64,000 nucleotides of DNA from Gammaproteobacteria bacterium (GCA_002705795.1 PAHG01000022.1:44943-108942), one strand, 5' to 3'. Shown: positions 1 through 11,117, counted from the stretch's first letter. Notes: a model not told the origin generated them from the letters alone. Numbers and translations: made by a program.

Positions 1-209
1 TCACGCGATGAAACGTCAATCACATGAACACCTTGTGATTTGGCTATCGCCGTCAGATCTCTCAAGCGATGTTCACTAGCGCCCTCTCGAATCCATACTT
101 CAGAAACACGCGCTTGACCAAGTACCACGCGTACAGGATGGATTCCCACAATTGCAACCTGTCCGGGGCCATCTTGCTTTTTCGATTGGCGTCGCCTGTG
201 CTGACTCAT
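1..209 (-). CDS. rlmB: 23S rRNA (guanosine-2'-O)-methyltransferase RlmB, N-terminal part; the gene runs off the left edge
   Basis: My translation from the ATG at 209-207 gives MSQHRRRQSKKQDGPGQVAIVGIHPVRVVLGQARVSEVWIREG... The ATG overlaps the rnr stop as ATGA. rnr-rlmB is the conserved gene order. Confidence 0.6.
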   Translation of the reverse strand, partial: MSQHRRRQSKKQDGPGQVAIVGIHPVRVVLGQARVSEVWIREGASEHRLRDLTAIAKSQGVHVIDVSSR

Positions 210-2548
210 CGCCGACTCTTCCCTGATTTTTTCGACCGACCTCTCGACTGACTCTTTCCAGGAATTTTACCTTCTTTCAACCGAGACCGAACGCTGACTC
301 TGCGTGGCCGTCCAACCGGGCCATCTCCTGCCAACGCAAAATCAATTCGACGTGCATCCAAATCCACACGAGCCACTGTAACTCGGACTGAATCAGCTAA
401 ACGGAAGACTTGATGAGTCCTCTCGCCGGTCAAAGTGTGCTGTTGCTCACTGAATACCCAATAATCAGGGGGTAGCTGGGTAACATGAACCATCCCTTCA
501 ACAAAGAGTTCATCGAGCAGAACAAAGAGACCGAAACTTGCCACCCCGGTGATCGTACCCTGATACTCCTCTCCGAGTTTTTCACGCATGAATTGGCATT
601 TCAGCCATTGCCCGACATCGCGACTTGCCTCATCTGCACGACGCTCTGTCAGCGAGCAATGCTCACCCAACCCAACCATCTGGTCCATGTTTGGTAGGTG
701 ATCTCTAACGAGCTTACTCGGATCATCTTGGGCACCTGTTTGCACAATCCACTTCAATAACCGATGAACCGTTAAATCGGGATATCGACGAATTGGAGAC
801 GTGAAGTGCGTGTAATGATCATATGACAATCCAAAATGTCCGATGTCTGGATCGGGGGCATATTTCGCTTGTTGCATAGAGCGTAGGATCATTGCCTGGA
901 TCAATGGGAAGTCTGGGCGTGCTTGTGCTTGATCGAGTAATGCCTGGTAATCAGATGGCTCAGGTTTCTCGCCACCACCCAAACCAAGCGCCATGGACCC
1001 CAAGAATTGCCGGAGCGCCGCTAAACGCTCATCACTCGGACCCTCATGAATCCGATACAACGTTGGCAGTTTAAACTTTTTCAAACAGCGAGCGGCAGCG
1101 ACATTAGCCGCCAACATGCATTCTTCAATCAGTTTGTGCGCCTCAAGACGTTGATGTGGGACGACGCTACTGATCTTGCCTTTCTCGTCGAAACTAAATT
1201 TCGGCTCCACTGAATCGAAATCCAAAGCACCTCGATCGTCGCGTGCAGCACGCAATACTCGATACAGCGAAAACAAATCAGCCACATTTTCAGCAACAGC
1301 GGTAGTATTAAAGCGACCTGACTCAACAATAGCGTCCTTCAGGGCAGCCGGCGATTGATGGTCCGCTTCGACTGAATCCAGAGTGTCTTGGACTTGTTTG
1401 TAGGTAAGTCGTTGCTGCGACTGGAAAACCACTTCGTGGAATCGATAGCTTGTCACACGACCTGTCGAGGCGATCTCTAAACAGACCGCCAGAGCCAAAC
1501 GATCGACCTGCGGATTCAGTGAGCACAATCCATTCGACAATGTCTCAGGTAACATCGGAATCACTTCACTTGGAAAATAGACAGAGGTCCCACGCTGGAT
1601 CGCTGTTTGGTCGAGTGGTGAGTTCTCAGTTACATAATTTGCAACATCTGCGATCGCGACCCACAACGTCCATCCACCCTTACCCCTTGGTGCGGCATAG
1701 ACTGCATCATCAAAATCCCGTGCATCCTCGCCATCAATCGTCACAAATGGATAATCTCTTAAATCCACTCGCATATCAGCGATTGTTGGATCAATGGAAT
1801 CACCAAACGCGCGTGCCTGAGCAATCGCTTCCGCAGAAAACTCATATGGCAAATCATGCGTTCGTACAGCGACCTGAACCTCAATCCCTGGATCGGAAGC
1901 TGCGCCGACGACATCAACAACATGCCCAACTGGTTGGCGATTGGATTCGGGAAACGTATCGAGCTGAACAACCACAAATTGACCAAACCGTGCACCATTT
2001 AATTGATCGTCTGGAATCAAAATCTCATGCAAAAATCGATCATCCTCGGGTGTGACGAATTTTACCCCTGCTTGCTCTCTCAGTCGCCCGATGAGGCGTT
2101 GATGCGTTCTCTGGAGCACCTCGACGATGCGTGCTTCACGCTTACTTTTTGAATGTCTCGATGGTGGCATCACGGCAACCAAGACACGATCACCATGAAA
2201 TACCTTTCGCATCTGCCGATCATGCAAATAGAGCGTATCCCCATCGTCATCCGGTTCAAAAAATCCAAACCCATCCCGATGAGCGATGACGCGGCCAGAC
2301 ACCAATCCAGCGCGATCCACCAACACATAACGTCCGATCCGATCGGTAATTATTTGACCGTCACGACACATCGCAGACAATCGCGCAAACAATCCCTCGC
2401 GATTCGACTCAATGGTCTGAGTCAGCGACGCCATCTCTTCGTAATCGAGGGGACGGCCAGCCTGTTCTAGCAACTCCAAAAGCCACTTCCTTGAGGCCAC
2501 AGGGTTGTCATAACGAGATGCTTCAGCATCTCCATAGGGGTCAGACAT
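206..2548 (-). CDS. rnr: Ribonuclease R (VacB)
   Basis: The 785-aa ORF has an RNB-type catalytic core (DFDDA..., HFGL..YTHFTSPIRRYPD), a C-terminal S1 domain and a basic tail. The start is trimmed to the ATG at 2548, which follows an AAGGAG; the track start at 2563 is a TTG. Confidence 0.93.
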   Translation of the reverse strand: MSDPYGDAEASRYDNPVASRKWLLELLEQAGRPLDYEEMASLTQTIESNREGLFARLSAMCRDGQIITDRIGRYVLVDRAGLVSGRVIAHRDGFGFFEPDDDGDTLYLHDRQMRKVFHGDRVLVAVMPPSRHSKSKREARIVEVLQRTHQRLIGRLREQAGVKFVTPEDDRFLHEILIPDDQLNGARFGQFVVVQLDTFPESNRQPVGHVVDVVGAASDPGIEVQVAVRTHDLPYEFSAEAIAQARAFGDSIDPTIADMRVDLRDYPFVTIDGEDARDFDDAVYAAPRGKGGWTLWVAIADVANYVTENSPLDQTAIQRGTSVYFPSEVIPMLPETLSNGLCSLNPQVDRLALAVCLEIASTGRVTSYRFHEVVFQSQQRLTYKQVQDTLDSVEADHQSPAALKDAIVESGRFNTTAVAENVADLFSLYRVLRAARDDRGALDFDSVEPKFSFDEKGKISSVVPHQRLEAHKLIEECMLAANVAAARCLKKFKLPTLYRIHEGPSDERLAALRQFLGSMALGLGGGEKPEPSDYQALLDQAQARPDFPLIQAMILRSMQQAKYAPDPDIGHFGLSYDHYTHFTSPIRRYPDLTVHRLLKWIVQTGAQDDPSKLVRDHLPNMDQMVGLGEHCSLTERRADEASRDVGQWLKCQFMREKLGEEYQGTITGVASFGLFVLLDELFVEGMVHVTQLPPDYWVFSEQQHTLTGERTHQVFRLADSVRVTVARVDLDARRIDFALAGDGPVGRPRRVSVRSRLKEGKIPGKSQSRGRSKKSGKSRR

Positions 2549-2618
2549 AGTTTCTCCTTTCAATGCCTGTAATAATGAGGTTCGATCTAACGGAAGTCAC
2601 GCATAGCCCTGAAATAAC

Positions 2619-3659
2619 ATGAGCAAACGTAAACTGACGCGTCAGCAAGCGTGGCGCATCGAAAAAATTCAAAAAGAGCGTCTTGATCGCGCATCACGGC
2701 ACAAAGTGCATGTGGAGGACCTTCTCGAATCTGGGAGACTCGGCCAAGAACAAGTCGGACGCATCGTTGCACGCTTCGGGAAACAGGTCGAAGTCATTGC
2801 CGTCGATGCTGTCGGCCAACCGGTCGCTGAATCCATACGCTGTCATCTGCGTTCAAACTTGTCGTCCTTGGTGACAGGCGACCAAGTGATTTTTCAAACA
2901 ACCGATGACGCCGGTATTGTGACTGCATGTGAGTCTCGACGGAATGTGCTTGAACGACCCGACTCCCGTGGCGTTATCAAAGCGATGGCCGCAAACATAG
3001 ATCAGCTCGTGATCGTCACCGCACTCGAACCCGCGCCACAACCTGAGCTCTTAGATCGTTATTTGGTTGCCACCGAAGTCGCTGGTATCCCCCCGTTAAT
3101 CGTGATTAACAAGGTTGATTTACTAAAGGGGTCAGAAATCAATCGTAATTTTTTGGCTGCGATCAAGAATCTCTATCAAGTAATTGGATACACAGTTGTT
3201 GAGGCTACCACCAAAGAGCCAGGCGGACTCGATGAACTCTCAAAACATCTGATCGATAAAAGCTCAGTCTTCATTGGGCAGTCTGGTGTCGGTAAATCGA
3301 GTCTAGTCCAGACACTGTTACCTGATGAGCAGATACAGGTCGGTCATCTACATCAGCAAACCCGTTTGGGGCGACATACGACCTCGACCGCGCGCCTTTA
3401 CTCATACTCAAAAGGAGGGTCTATCATCGATTCGCCAGGGATTCGCGATTTTGGTCTTGAACAAATATCACGTACTGATGTTGAGCAAGGCTTTATTGAT
3501 ATTCGTGAATTTTCGAACCAATGTCGATTCAGAGATTGCAGACATCGCCAAGAGCCGGGATGCGCAGTTACCGATGCAATTCAAAAGGGCAAGCTCTCAA
3601 AAAGAAGGCTCGAATCTTTCCACCGAATTTTAGACACCCTGACTGGAGGAAATGCATGA
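2619..3659 (+). CDS. rsgA: Ribosome small-subunit-dependent GTPase A
   Basis: Circularly permuted GTPase motifs (NKVDL, GQSGVGKSSL) and a C-terminal zinc cluster (CRFRDCRH..EPGC). Confidence 0.92.
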   Translation: MSKRKLTRQQAWRIEKIQKERLDRASRHKVHVEDLLESGRLGQEQVGRIVARFGKQVEVIAVDAVGQPVAESIRCHLRSNLSSLVTGDQVIFQTTDDAGIVTACESRRNVLERPDSRGVIKAMAANIDQLVIVTALEPAPQPELLDRYLVATEVAGIPPLIVINKVDLLKGSEINRNFLAAIKNLYQVIGYTVVEATTKEPGGLDELSKHLIDKSSVFIGQSGVGKSSLVQTLLPDEQIQVGHLHQQTRLGRHTTSTARLYSYSKGGSIIDSPGIRDFGLEQISRTDVEQGFIDIREFSNQCRFRDCRHRQEPGCAVTDAIQKGKLSKRRLESFHRILDTLTGGNA

Positions 3660-4504
3660 ACTTCATGCAAAACTTAAATACGTTAATCCAATATTGTCTG
3701 CCGGCGCACCTTGTTTCGCGAATCGTCGGACGGTTGGCGTTTTGTAAAAATAATCAGGTAAAAAATTTCCTGATTCATCAGTTTGTCAAGCGCCTTGATA
3801 TTGAAATGGATGAGGTTGCTGAACCGGCGTTGGATGCTTATCCTCATTTCAATGCATTTTTCACTCGCGCCCTTAAAGATGGCGTTCGACCACTCGCTGG
3901 GAAAAAATACATCGCATCACCAGCGGATGGAACTGTGTTTGGGGGCGGCCAACTATCATCGGACACTCGGCTTACAGCGAAAGGTCATCATTTTTCACTT
4001 ACCGAGCTTTTCGGTGGCAAGGGATACAATGAAATCTACAGCGAGGGACACTATTTAACCGTCTATCTGTCGCCAAAAGACTACCACCGAGTGCATTGTC
4101 CCATGGATGCTGAGCTTAAACATATGGTCCATGTACCGGGCCGACTTTTTTCAGTAAACGAATCAACAACAACCTCAATTCCTGCGGTTTTCGCCCGGAA
4201 CGAACGCGTCATCATGCATTTCAAGAGCGAGCACGGACCGTTTTCAATAGTGCTTGTTGGTGCGATGCTCGTCGCCTCAATAGAAACACCATTTGCGGGA
4301 TTGATTACCCCACCGGGCCGATGTATCACCGAATGGAATTATCATCGCGGCACACATCACAAATTCGCCCAGGGCGACGAAGTCGGCCGGTTCCAATATG
4401 GTTCCACCGTCATTCTGATCCTGCCAAAATCGATGAAGGGTTTTAAACCGAAAGTAACAGGCGGAAAGGCTATAAAGATGGGTGAATCACTCGGGCAACC
4501 GTAG
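3656..4504 (+). CDS. psd: Phosphatidylserine decarboxylase proenzyme
   Basis: Psd family sequence with the C-terminal GST cleavage motif (FQYGSTVIL). The in-frame ATG at 3656 overlaps the rsgA stop as ATGA. The track start at 3521 lies inside rsgA. Confidence 0.9.
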   Translation: MNFMQNLNTLIQYCLPAHLVSRIVGRLAFCKNNQVKNFLIHQFVKRLDIEMDEVAEPALDAYPHFNAFFTRALKDGVRPLAGKKYIASPADGTVFGGGQLSSDTRLTAKGHHFSLTELFGGKGYNEIYSEGHYLTVYLSPKDYHRVHCPMDAELKHMVHVPGRLFSVNESTTTSIPAVFARNERVIMHFKSEHGPFSIVLVGAMLVASIETPFAGLITPPGRCITEWNYHRGTHHKFAQGDEVGRFQYGSTVILILPKSMKGFKPKVTGGKAIKMGESLGQP

Positions 4505-4523
4505 AGCCGCCCGAGCGCCTCGA

Positions 4524-5396
4524 TTATTGTCCTGTCGGATTCTTCAAGTATCTGAAGAAATCAGACTCAGGGTCAATGACTAGCAAATCGTCTTTTCCCG
4601 CAAATGAATTTTTGTAAGCCTGGATTGATCTGTGAAAGGAGTAAAATTCAGGGTCCTGTTTATATGCATTAGCGTAGATTTCAGCCGCAATTGCATCGCC
4701 TTCACCTCGAATCTGCTCCGCCTCACGGTAGGCATTAGCCTCAATAACCGTATTCTGACGATCAGCGTCCGCCTCGATACCTTCGGCGAGCTCACGGCCA
4801 CGGGACCGGTGATCACGCGCCTCACGCTCACGCTCTGTACTCATCCGCGAGTACACCGCGTTGGAGACTTCTGGCGGGAGATCAATACCCTTTACTCGTA
4901 CATCCAATACATGGATGCCAAGTTCGTTCAACGCGATGTCATCAAGTTCTTTTGTAATTTCCGCCATCAATGCATCACGCTCACCAGACACTACTTCGTA
5001 CACAGTCCGTTCACCAAATTTATTACGCAGGCCATTATCGACGCGTGAGGCAAGCAGGCTATTTGCTGAAAATTCATCACCCCCCGTTGCGGTGTAGTAC
5101 TTTCCAGCATCTGCGACTCGCCATTTTACGAAAGAATCAACGATCAATGCTTTTTTCTCTGCTGTGAGGTAACGTTGCGGGCTCGAATCCAACGTGATCA
5201 ATCGAGACTCAAATCGCCGCACATCGTTCACGATCGGGATCTTGAAATGGAGTCCTGGTTCTATATCGGTCGAGACCACCTCACCGAACTTCAGAAGCAC
5301 GGCACGTTCGCGTTCGTTCACAACGTATAGTGAGTTGGACACTACGGCTAAGAGGACCACCAACCCAATCAGTATGCTCATTTGACGTCCTGACAT
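4524..5396 (-). CDS. hflC: FtsH protease modulator HflC
   Basis: N-terminal TM segment plus an SPFH/band-7 domain. It immediately follows hflK with a 1-nt overlap. Confidence 0.9.
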   Translation of the reverse strand: MSGRQMSILIGLVVLLAVVSNSLYVVNERERAVLLKFGEVVSTDIEPGLHFKIPIVNDVRRFESRLITLDSSPQRYLTAEKKALIVDSFVKWRVADAGKYYTATGGDEFSANSLLASRVDNGLRNKFGERTVYEVVSGERDALMAEITKELDDIALNELGIHVLDVRVKGIDLPPEVSNAVYSRMSTEREREARDHRSRGRELAEGIEADADRQNTVIEANAYREAEQIRGEGDAIAAEIYANAYKQDPEFYSFHRSIQAYKNSFAGKDDLLVIDPESDFFRYLKNPTGQ

Positions 5397-6607
5397 TATC
5401 GAATACTCCCCCTCTGAGAATCATCGGTTTGACGCGAACGAATCTCCTGAATGACCTGGTCAGTCAGACTACGAATATCACCCGGCGTCATACCCCCAGT
5501 TGTCTGCTGGACGGATGAAATTGATCCACTTCTATTTTGATTCGCGATTGATGGCGCTGCTTGACTCGCGATGCGATCCAGAGGCAAATACATAATGTTC
5601 GATCCGGAATCGACGTCAACCATTACTTTAGAAGAACGCTGCATGACCTCCTGAACCGCATCAATGTATAGGCGCTGACGCGTAACTTCAGGCGCTTTCC
5701 TATACTCAGCCAGCAACTTCAAAAAGCGATCGGCCTCACCCTGTGCCTGTGCAACAACCTGCTCACGATATGCATTGGCTTCCTCCAGCACACGCTGGGC
5801 GCGACCACGAGCCTCTGGGACTACACCATTTGAATATGCTTCGGCCTGGTTTTTAAGACGCTGCTCATCTTCTCGCGCTTTAATGACGTCGTCGAACGCC
5901 GCCTGCACCTGGCTTGGCGGTTGGCTATTCTCCAAGTTGACTTTCACAACCCGGAGGCCAGCGACATAATTCTCTAAATACTCTTGTAGACGCTGCTGGA
6001 CTTCACCACCAAGTGCCTCACGGCCCTCTGAAATAACTCCAGTCATTTCTGACGACCCGACCACGTGCCGTATCGCAGAGTCGGTCGCATGCGTTAGCGT
6101 TACCTCGGGCTCTCTGACATTTAACAGAAAATCGCGCGGATTTGAGATGACATACTGAACCGCAAGCGTGACGTCTACCACGTTTTCATCCTCGGTCAAC
6201 ATTACACCCTGGGACGTATGTGTGCGGACCCGCGTAACATTCACCTTGTTCACTTCGTCAACAATCGGCGCGTTCCAGCGGAGGCCCGGTGTCTTTGTTT
6301 CTAAGAATTGTCCAAACCTCAGAACGACCGCACGTTCCTGTTCGTCAACCTTATAAAGGCCTAACGCACCAAATGCGACGAGGGCGATCAGCGCGAAAAC
6401 GCCAACCATCCTTCCTGAGAAATCGAACCCAGGACCATCCCCTGAATCTGATCCCCCACCAGAGCCACCACCAGCCTTACCAAACAGCCCATTCAGGCTT
6501 TGTTGTAGCTTCTTTACTACTTCATCAAGATCAGGAGGACCCTGATCATTTCGGTTGCCGCCACCCCAAGGGTCGCGGCCATTATTTCCGGGCTCATTCC
6601 AAGCCAT
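5396..6607 (-). CDS. hflK: FtsH protease modulator HflK
   Basis: Gly-rich N-terminus, one TM segment and an SPFH domain, paired with hflC. Confidence 0.9.
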   Translation of the reverse strand: MAWNEPGNNGRDPWGGGNRNDQGPPDLDEVVKKLQQSLNGLFGKAGGGSGGGSDSGDGPGFDFSGRMVGVFALIALVAFGALGLYKVDEQERAVVLRFGQFLETKTPGLRWNAPIVDEVNKVNVTRVRTHTSQGVMLTEDENVVDVTLAVQYVISNPRDFLLNVREPEVTLTHATDSAIRHVVGSSEMTGVISEGREALGGEVQQRLQEYLENYVAGLRVVKVNLENSQPPSQVQAAFDDVIKAREDEQRLKNQAEAYSNGVVPEARGRAQRVLEEANAYREQVVAQAQGEADRFLKLLAEYRKAPEVTRQRLYIDAVQEVMQRSSKVMVDVDSGSNIMYLPLDRIASQAAPSIANQNRSGSISSVQQTTGGMTPGDIRSLTDQVIQEIRSRQTDDSQRGSIR

Positions 6608-6632
6608 GGAGACTCCTTCGCCAGATTAATTT

Positions 6633-6661
6633 ATCACTGCCAATATCATAGGGGCAGTGAT
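6633..6661. terminator. 9-bp stem hairpin between aapP and hflK
   Basis: ATCACTGCC-(11 nt)-GGCAGTGAT. The T-run (CAGCTTTTCC) is on the plus side and only an A/T-rich tail is on the minus side, so the direction is ambiguous. Confidence 0.3.
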
Positions 6662-6683
6662 CAGCTTTTCCACCGCTAAATAG

Positions 6684-7457
6684 TCAGTGTTGTAAGATTT
6701 GTGAAAGGAATAGTTGGGTCCGATCATTTTGAGGATTATTGAAGAACTCTTCAGGCTCGTTCTGCTCAACAATTTGACCACCGTCCATGAAGATGACGCG
6801 GTTAGCGACCTTCCGAGCAAAGCCCATCTCGTGAGTCACACACAACATCGTCATCCCGTCTTCAGCAAGACCAACCATAACGTCAAGTACCTCAGCGATC
6901 ATCTCAGGATCTAGTGCTGAGGTTGGCTCATCGAACAACATAACTCGCGGATTCATACAAAGTGACCGAGCGATTGCTACACGCTGCTGCTGACCGCCCG
7001 ACAATTGACCGGGGTACTTATTCGCTTGCTCTGGAATTTTCACTCGCTCCAGATAACGCATGGCCATCTCTTCAGCCTCACGCTTTGGTGTCTTACGCAC
7101 CCAAATCGGCGCAAGCGTGCAATTTTCTAGAACCGTGAGGTGAGGAAACAGATTGAAATGCTGGAACACCATACCTACTTCTCGTCGCACGTCGTTAATG
7201 TGCTTGGTATCTTCAGTCAGCTCTATCCCATCAACTACGATTGAGCCCTCTTGGTGGGTCTCCAAGCGATTGATACAGCGAATTAAAGTCGACTTACCCG
7301 ACCCTGATGGCCCACAAATCACGATCCGCTCTCCACGTTTCACGTGGAGATCAATATCTTTCAAAACATGGAACTGACCGTACCACTTGTTCAGCCCATC
7401 AATCTTGATGATTGTGTCACCGAGCTCAGCAGATTCGATATGCGTTTCCGTGGTCAT
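6684..7457 (-). CDS. aapP: Amino-acid ABC transporter ATP-binding protein (AapP/GlnQ-like)
   Basis: Walker A (GPSGSGKST), the signature LSGGQQQR and Walker B ([11 protein letters not shown]). Confidence 0.9.
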   Translation of the reverse strand: MTTETHIESAELGDTIIKIDGLNKWYGQFHVLKDIDLHVKRGERIVICGPSGSGKSTLIRCINRLETHQEGSIVVDGIELTEDTKHINDVRREVGMVFQHFNLFPHLTVLENCTLAPIWVRKTPKREAEEMAMRYLERVKIPEQANKYPGQLSGGQQQRVAIARSLCMNPRVMLFDEPTSALDPEMIAEVLDVMVGLAEDGMTMLCVTHEMGFARKVANRVIFMDGGQIVEQNEPEEFFNNPQNDRTQLFLSQILQH

Positions 7458-7458
7458 A

Positions 7459-8580
7459 TTAATTTCTCCGATTCGTATCGAGTTTACGCTCTAAATTCTG
7501 ACTGTATCGAGACATGCCATAGCAAAATGCCCAATAAATAAATCCAGCGAACAGATAGCCCTCGATATCATATCCCCTCCATTCGACTGAGCGCGCGGCT
7601 GTCTGTGCCATGTTCAATAGATCGAGCAAACCGATAATGGATACAAGGGATGTATCTTTAAATAACGCGATAAAGGTATTTACAATTGACGGGATGGATA
7701 TCTTCAAAGCCTGGGGAAGTATGATGAAGATTGTTCTTTTCCAATAACCCAGGCCAAGTGCCATCGCTGCCTCCGCCTGGCCCTTGGGGATTGCTGCTAA
7801 ACCACCGCGAACAGCCTCAGCTGTATAAGCTGATTGAAACATCGTAATCCCGATCATCGCTCGAACGACCTTATCGAATTCCACTCCAGCCGGGAAAAAC
7901 AAGGGCAACATGACCGACGCCATAAAAAGAATCGTAATCAGCGGTGTTCCGCGCCAGAATTCAATATAAATGACACAGATTGAACGGATGACGGGTAGCT
8001 CAGAGCGACGACCCAGTGCCAATAAGATCCCGATAGGTAAAGCCAGTAGTATACCCACGAACGCCAGAGCGAAGGTCAGCAAGAATCCACCCCATTGCGT
8101 TGTATTTGATTGAGGAATTCCAAACGATCCGCCATAAACTACGAAGTAGAACACCACTGGAAATACGCCAAGTAATGTAATCGATAGCCACTTCTTTCCC
8201 GGCGTTTTTTCGAACAGTAGAGGAAGCAATAGAGCAAAAAACAAAATAAAAATTAATGTTGGCCTCCACAACTCGTCGGGCTTCGACGCAAAATATAGTC
8301 CAAACAGAATCTGCTCTAGTCGAACGTTAATAAAGGTCCAACAAGCACCTGCGGTATTGGCCTCACAAATCGACCGATCCGTTCCTGTCCAATTCGCATT
8401 AATCAACGCCCACTCAACAAAAGGCGGCACGTAACTAAAAAATAAATAGAGGAATATTAGTGTCGCAACTGAACTGCTGACGGATCCAAATAGATTTTCT
8501 CGCACCCAAGCGACCGGGCCCAATGTATTAAGGGGAGGGGCACGATCCGGTGCGGGTACAAATATTTTTGCGTCTGGCAC
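7459..8580 (-). CDS. aapM: Amino-acid ABC transporter permease (AapM-like)
   Basis: Polytopic membrane protein with a HisM/GlnP-type EAA loop ([23 protein letters not shown]). Confidence 0.85.
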   Translation of the reverse strand: MPDAKIFVPAPDRAPPLNTLGPVAWVRENLFGSVSSSVATLIFLYLFFSYVPPFVEWALINANWTGTDRSICEANTAGACWTFINVRLEQILFGLYFASKPDELWRPTLIFILFFALLLPLLFEKTPGKKWLSITLLGVFPVVFYFVVYGGSFGIPQSNTTQWGGFLLTFALAFVGILLALPIGILLALGRRSELPVIRSICVIYIEFWRGTPLITILFMASVMLPLFFPAGVEFDKVVRAMIGITMFQSAYTAEAVRGGLAAIPKGQAEAAMALGLGYWKRTIFIILPQALKISIPSIVNTFIALFKDTSLVSIIGLLDLLNMAQTAARSVEWRGYDIEGYLFAGFIYWAFCYGMSRYSQNLERKLDTNRRN

Positions 8581-8581
8581 C

Positions 8582-9763
8582 TTATCGCTCCGTTAACTGA
8601 ATTCGCTTGTTGTACCAGTTAAGTACAAACGAGGTGAACAAACTGAGACATTCATACACGGCAACCGTCATACCAATGATAACCAGTGCCTGACCCGTTT
8701 GATTCAGGGTGATACCAGCCCACACAGCAACTAATTCCTCATATCCAACAGCAACTGCGAGCGAAGAGTTTTTTGTCAGGTTCAGATACTGGCTAATCGT
8801 CGGGGGAATAATCACACGGAGTGCCTGGGGGATAGTGACCAATCGAATAGTGTCCCTTCTCGACAACCCCAACGCTTGAGCTGCCTCAGTCTGCCCATAC
8901 GACACCGACTGGATCCCAGCCCTAACGTTCTCGGCAATAAACGCGGCCGTATAAAGAGTCAACGCAAACCATAAAGAGAACAGGGGCAACGGCAACTGTC
9001 CGCCCCCTTTGAAATTAAATCGGCCCAAAACAGGCACATCAAACCCAAGAGGCGATCCAGCGATTTTATATAAAGCATAACCGCCAAGAACAATAGCTAC
9101 TAAAGAAATCCAGAGCACAGGAAGCCGTTGCCCGGTTTCCTGGAACCGTACTTTGGCTCGCCGAGCGAAAATAACTAAGCCTGCCACCAGCCCTACCAGC
9201 AGAAGCATCCACACTGCAAATCCTGCTGAATCCTCTATCACCGGTAAGGGTGTATGGAATCCACGTGCGTTGAGATAAAAAGCACCCATCTCAATCGACT
9301 TTTTCGGGGCCGGCAGGGTCGGCAAAAAAATCGCAAAGTTCCAAAACATGATCTGCAAGAGCAACGGAACGTTACGAAAGATCTCGATGTACACGAGTGC
9401 ACCACGCGCAACTAGCCAATTCGGAGATAGCCGGATGACGCCAATAAAAAATCCAAGAAGTGTCGCAGCGATAATCCCTAATACGGCGACCAGAATTGTA
9501 TTTTGAATACCAACAAAGAAAACATCGATGTAGGTGGATTCACCAAGCTTGTAGTCAAAGAATGGACTGAATCCAATCTGGAACGGCGCAACCTCGTCAA
9601 AGAAACTCGTCCCCGTCTGAATTCCTCGGGCGACCAAGTTGTCTACTGTAGTCTGGAATAGAGAGTAGAACCCGTAGATCACTATGATCAACGCGAGAGC
9701 CTGAACCAGCATGGCACGAACTTTAGGGTCTCGATGCAACGGGATTCGCGTACGTTCTATCAA
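8582..9763 (-). CDS. aapQ: Amino-acid ABC transporter permease (AapQ-like)
   Basis: Polytopic permease with an EAA loop (AAFIAENVRAGIQSV..GQTEAAQALGL). Confidence 0.85.
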   Translation of the reverse strand: MIERTRIPLHRDPKVRAMLVQALALIIVIYGFYSLFQTTVDNLVARGIQTGTSFFDEVAPFQIGFSPFFDYKLGESTYIDVFFVGIQNTILVAVLGIIAATLLGFFIGVIRLSPNWLVARGALVYIEIFRNVPLLLQIMFWNFAIFLPTLPAPKKSIEMGAFYLNARGFHTPLPVIEDSAGFAVWMLLLVGLVAGLVIFARRAKVRFQETGQRLPVLWISLVAIVLGGYALYKIAGSPLGFDVPVLGRFNFKGGGQLPLPLFSLWFALTLYTAAFIAENVRAGIQSVSYGQTEAAQALGLSRRDTIRLVTIPQALRVIIPPTISQYLNLTKNSSLAVAVGYEELVAVWAGITLNQTGQALVIIGMTVAVYECLSLFTSFVLNWYNKRIQLTER

Positions 9764-9780
9764 AATTTAATCCGGTGGAA

Positions 9781-9811
9781 TATAAAGAAAGACCGGGCGA
9801 TACCCGGTCTT
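9781..9811 (-). terminator. Intra-operon terminator or attenuator hairpin after aapJ
   Basis: On the minus strand: AAGACCGGG-tatcg-CCCGGTCTT followed by TCTTTATATT. It lies in the 62-nt gap between the binding-protein and permease genes. Confidence 0.55.
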
Positions 9812-9825
9812 ATGATCAGGTTATA

Positions 9826-10848
9826 TTAACGAATCGGTGGAGCGTAAAGAATACCACCACGCGTCCAAAGGTCATTGACTGACCCGGCACGCGGAATGCC
9901 AATTTTAGCGACCGTGCGCTCATAGATCTCGCCATAATTACCGACCTGCTTGATCGCGTTATATGACCAGTCTGCACCCAGACCCAATAGCTCACCCATA
10001 TTACCTTCAGTGCCAACTAAGCGAGCCACGCCGGGATTACCAGGATTAGACTTTAAGCTATCAATATTTCCAGATGTGATGCCCAGCTCTTCGGCGTTAA
10101 TCAATGCATAAAGAGTCATCGCCACGATGTCCATCCACTGGTCGTCACCTTGACGAACTACAGGCCCAAGTGGCTCTTTAGAGATGGTTTCAGGCAGAAT
10201 AGTTACACCTGCCGGACCCACTTTCATTTCGGTACTCAATGCTGCTAGCTGAGACTTGTCAGACGTCAGCACATCACAAGCACCACCCTCGAAGCCTTCA
10301 CGCGTCTGCGTAGAAGTCTCGTAGCCAACCGGAGTGAACTTCATGTTGTTATTCCGGAAGTAGTCAGCCATGTTCAGCTCAGTTGTAGTACCAGCCTGCA
10401 CACAGATACTTGCGCCATCAAGCTCAAGTGTCGACTTGATGCCGGAGTCCTTCATAACCATGAAGCCCTGGCCGTCGATGTAGTTGTAGTACGTGAAGTT
10501 CAGACCAAGCGACGCTTCGCGGGTCAGAGTATGAGTCGTGTTACGCGACAACACATCTACCTCACCAGAGGCGAGCGCCGTAAAACGTTCTTTAGCAGTA
10601 AGTGGGATAAATACGACTTTGCTGGCGTCGCCGAGTACAGCTGCCGCGATAGCGTCACAAACAGCGGCATCAATACCTTGCATGCGACCAGCATCGTCTG
10701 GTGCTGAGAATCCGGGAACGCCACCACTGACACCACATTTCAGCTCACCACGAGCTTTGACATCATCCAGCGTACCGGCTGATGCGACTTGAGCAACTGC
10801 GACAGCAGACGCCGCGATAGTAGTTGCAAACTTTGCAGACAATTTCAT
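9826..10848 (-). CDS. aapJ: Amino-acid ABC transporter periplasmic binding protein (AapJ-like)
   Basis: Signal peptide (..AVAQVASA|G) and a family-3 solute-binding fold. It is the first gene of the aapJQMP order. Confidence 0.88.
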   Translation of the reverse strand: MKLSAKFATTIAASAVAVAQVASAGTLDDVKARGELKCGVSGGVPGFSAPDDAGRMQGIDAAVCDAIAAAVLGDASKVVFIPLTAKERFTALASGEVDVLSRNTTHTLTREASLGLNFTYYNYIDGQGFMVMKDSGIKSTLELDGASICVQAGTTTELNMADYFRNNNMKFTPVGYETSTQTREGFEGGACDVLTSDKSQLAALSTEMKVGPAGVTILPETISKEPLGPVVRQGDDQWMDIVAMTLYALINAEELGITSGNIDSLKSNPGNPGVARLVGTEGNMGELLGLGADWSYNAIKQVGNYGEIYERTVAKIGIPRAGSVNDLWTRGGILYAPPIR

Positions 10849-11117
10849 GGAATTACTCCTGAATTTAAGCGTTTCATTTTGATCTTCATACGGGCCTTAT
10901 CAAAGTTCTGTGGCACCTTACATTCGATATAGCAATTTTATTGCCGCACCGAAAATTCAGGTGTACCCGCCGCCATTGGGTAAAAAGCTAGCACTAGGTC
11001 CCAGCTTTCACAAGAGTAAATGCTTCAGTGCTGCTCAGAACTTATGCAAATTCAGAACACGAGACCCACGCGATAGCACGGAGATTCTGCCAGCACCGCC
11101 GGCGGACAAATGAATGC

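Noticed and set aside
1450-2055. A 201-aa plus-strand ORF, plus several 60-105 aa ORFs, nested inside rnr.
   Set aside because: They are entirely antisense to a strongly conserved RNase R frame. Their composition is skewed and low-complexity (His/Arg/Pro/Ser/Gln rich), typical of shadow ORFs.
3521-3655. N-terminal 45-codon extension of the psd ORF, overlapping rsgA.
   Set aside because: The extension lies out of frame inside the conserved rsgA zinc-finger region. The canonical Psd N-terminus begins at the ATG at 3656, coupled to the rsgA stop.
10849-11117. The 269-nt region upstream of aapJ, checked for a leader peptide, riboswitch or sRNA. It includes two 67-72 aa plus-strand track ORFs (10910-11113 and 11114-11332), the second of which runs into the yaiL-like gene.
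   Set aside because: I found only weak short stems (CCGCCGGCGG, GCAAT-aaa-ATTGC, AGCACT..AGTGCT with a 33-nt loop). There is no conserved riboswitch core that I recognise, and the ORFs are Pro/Arg-rich with no start context.
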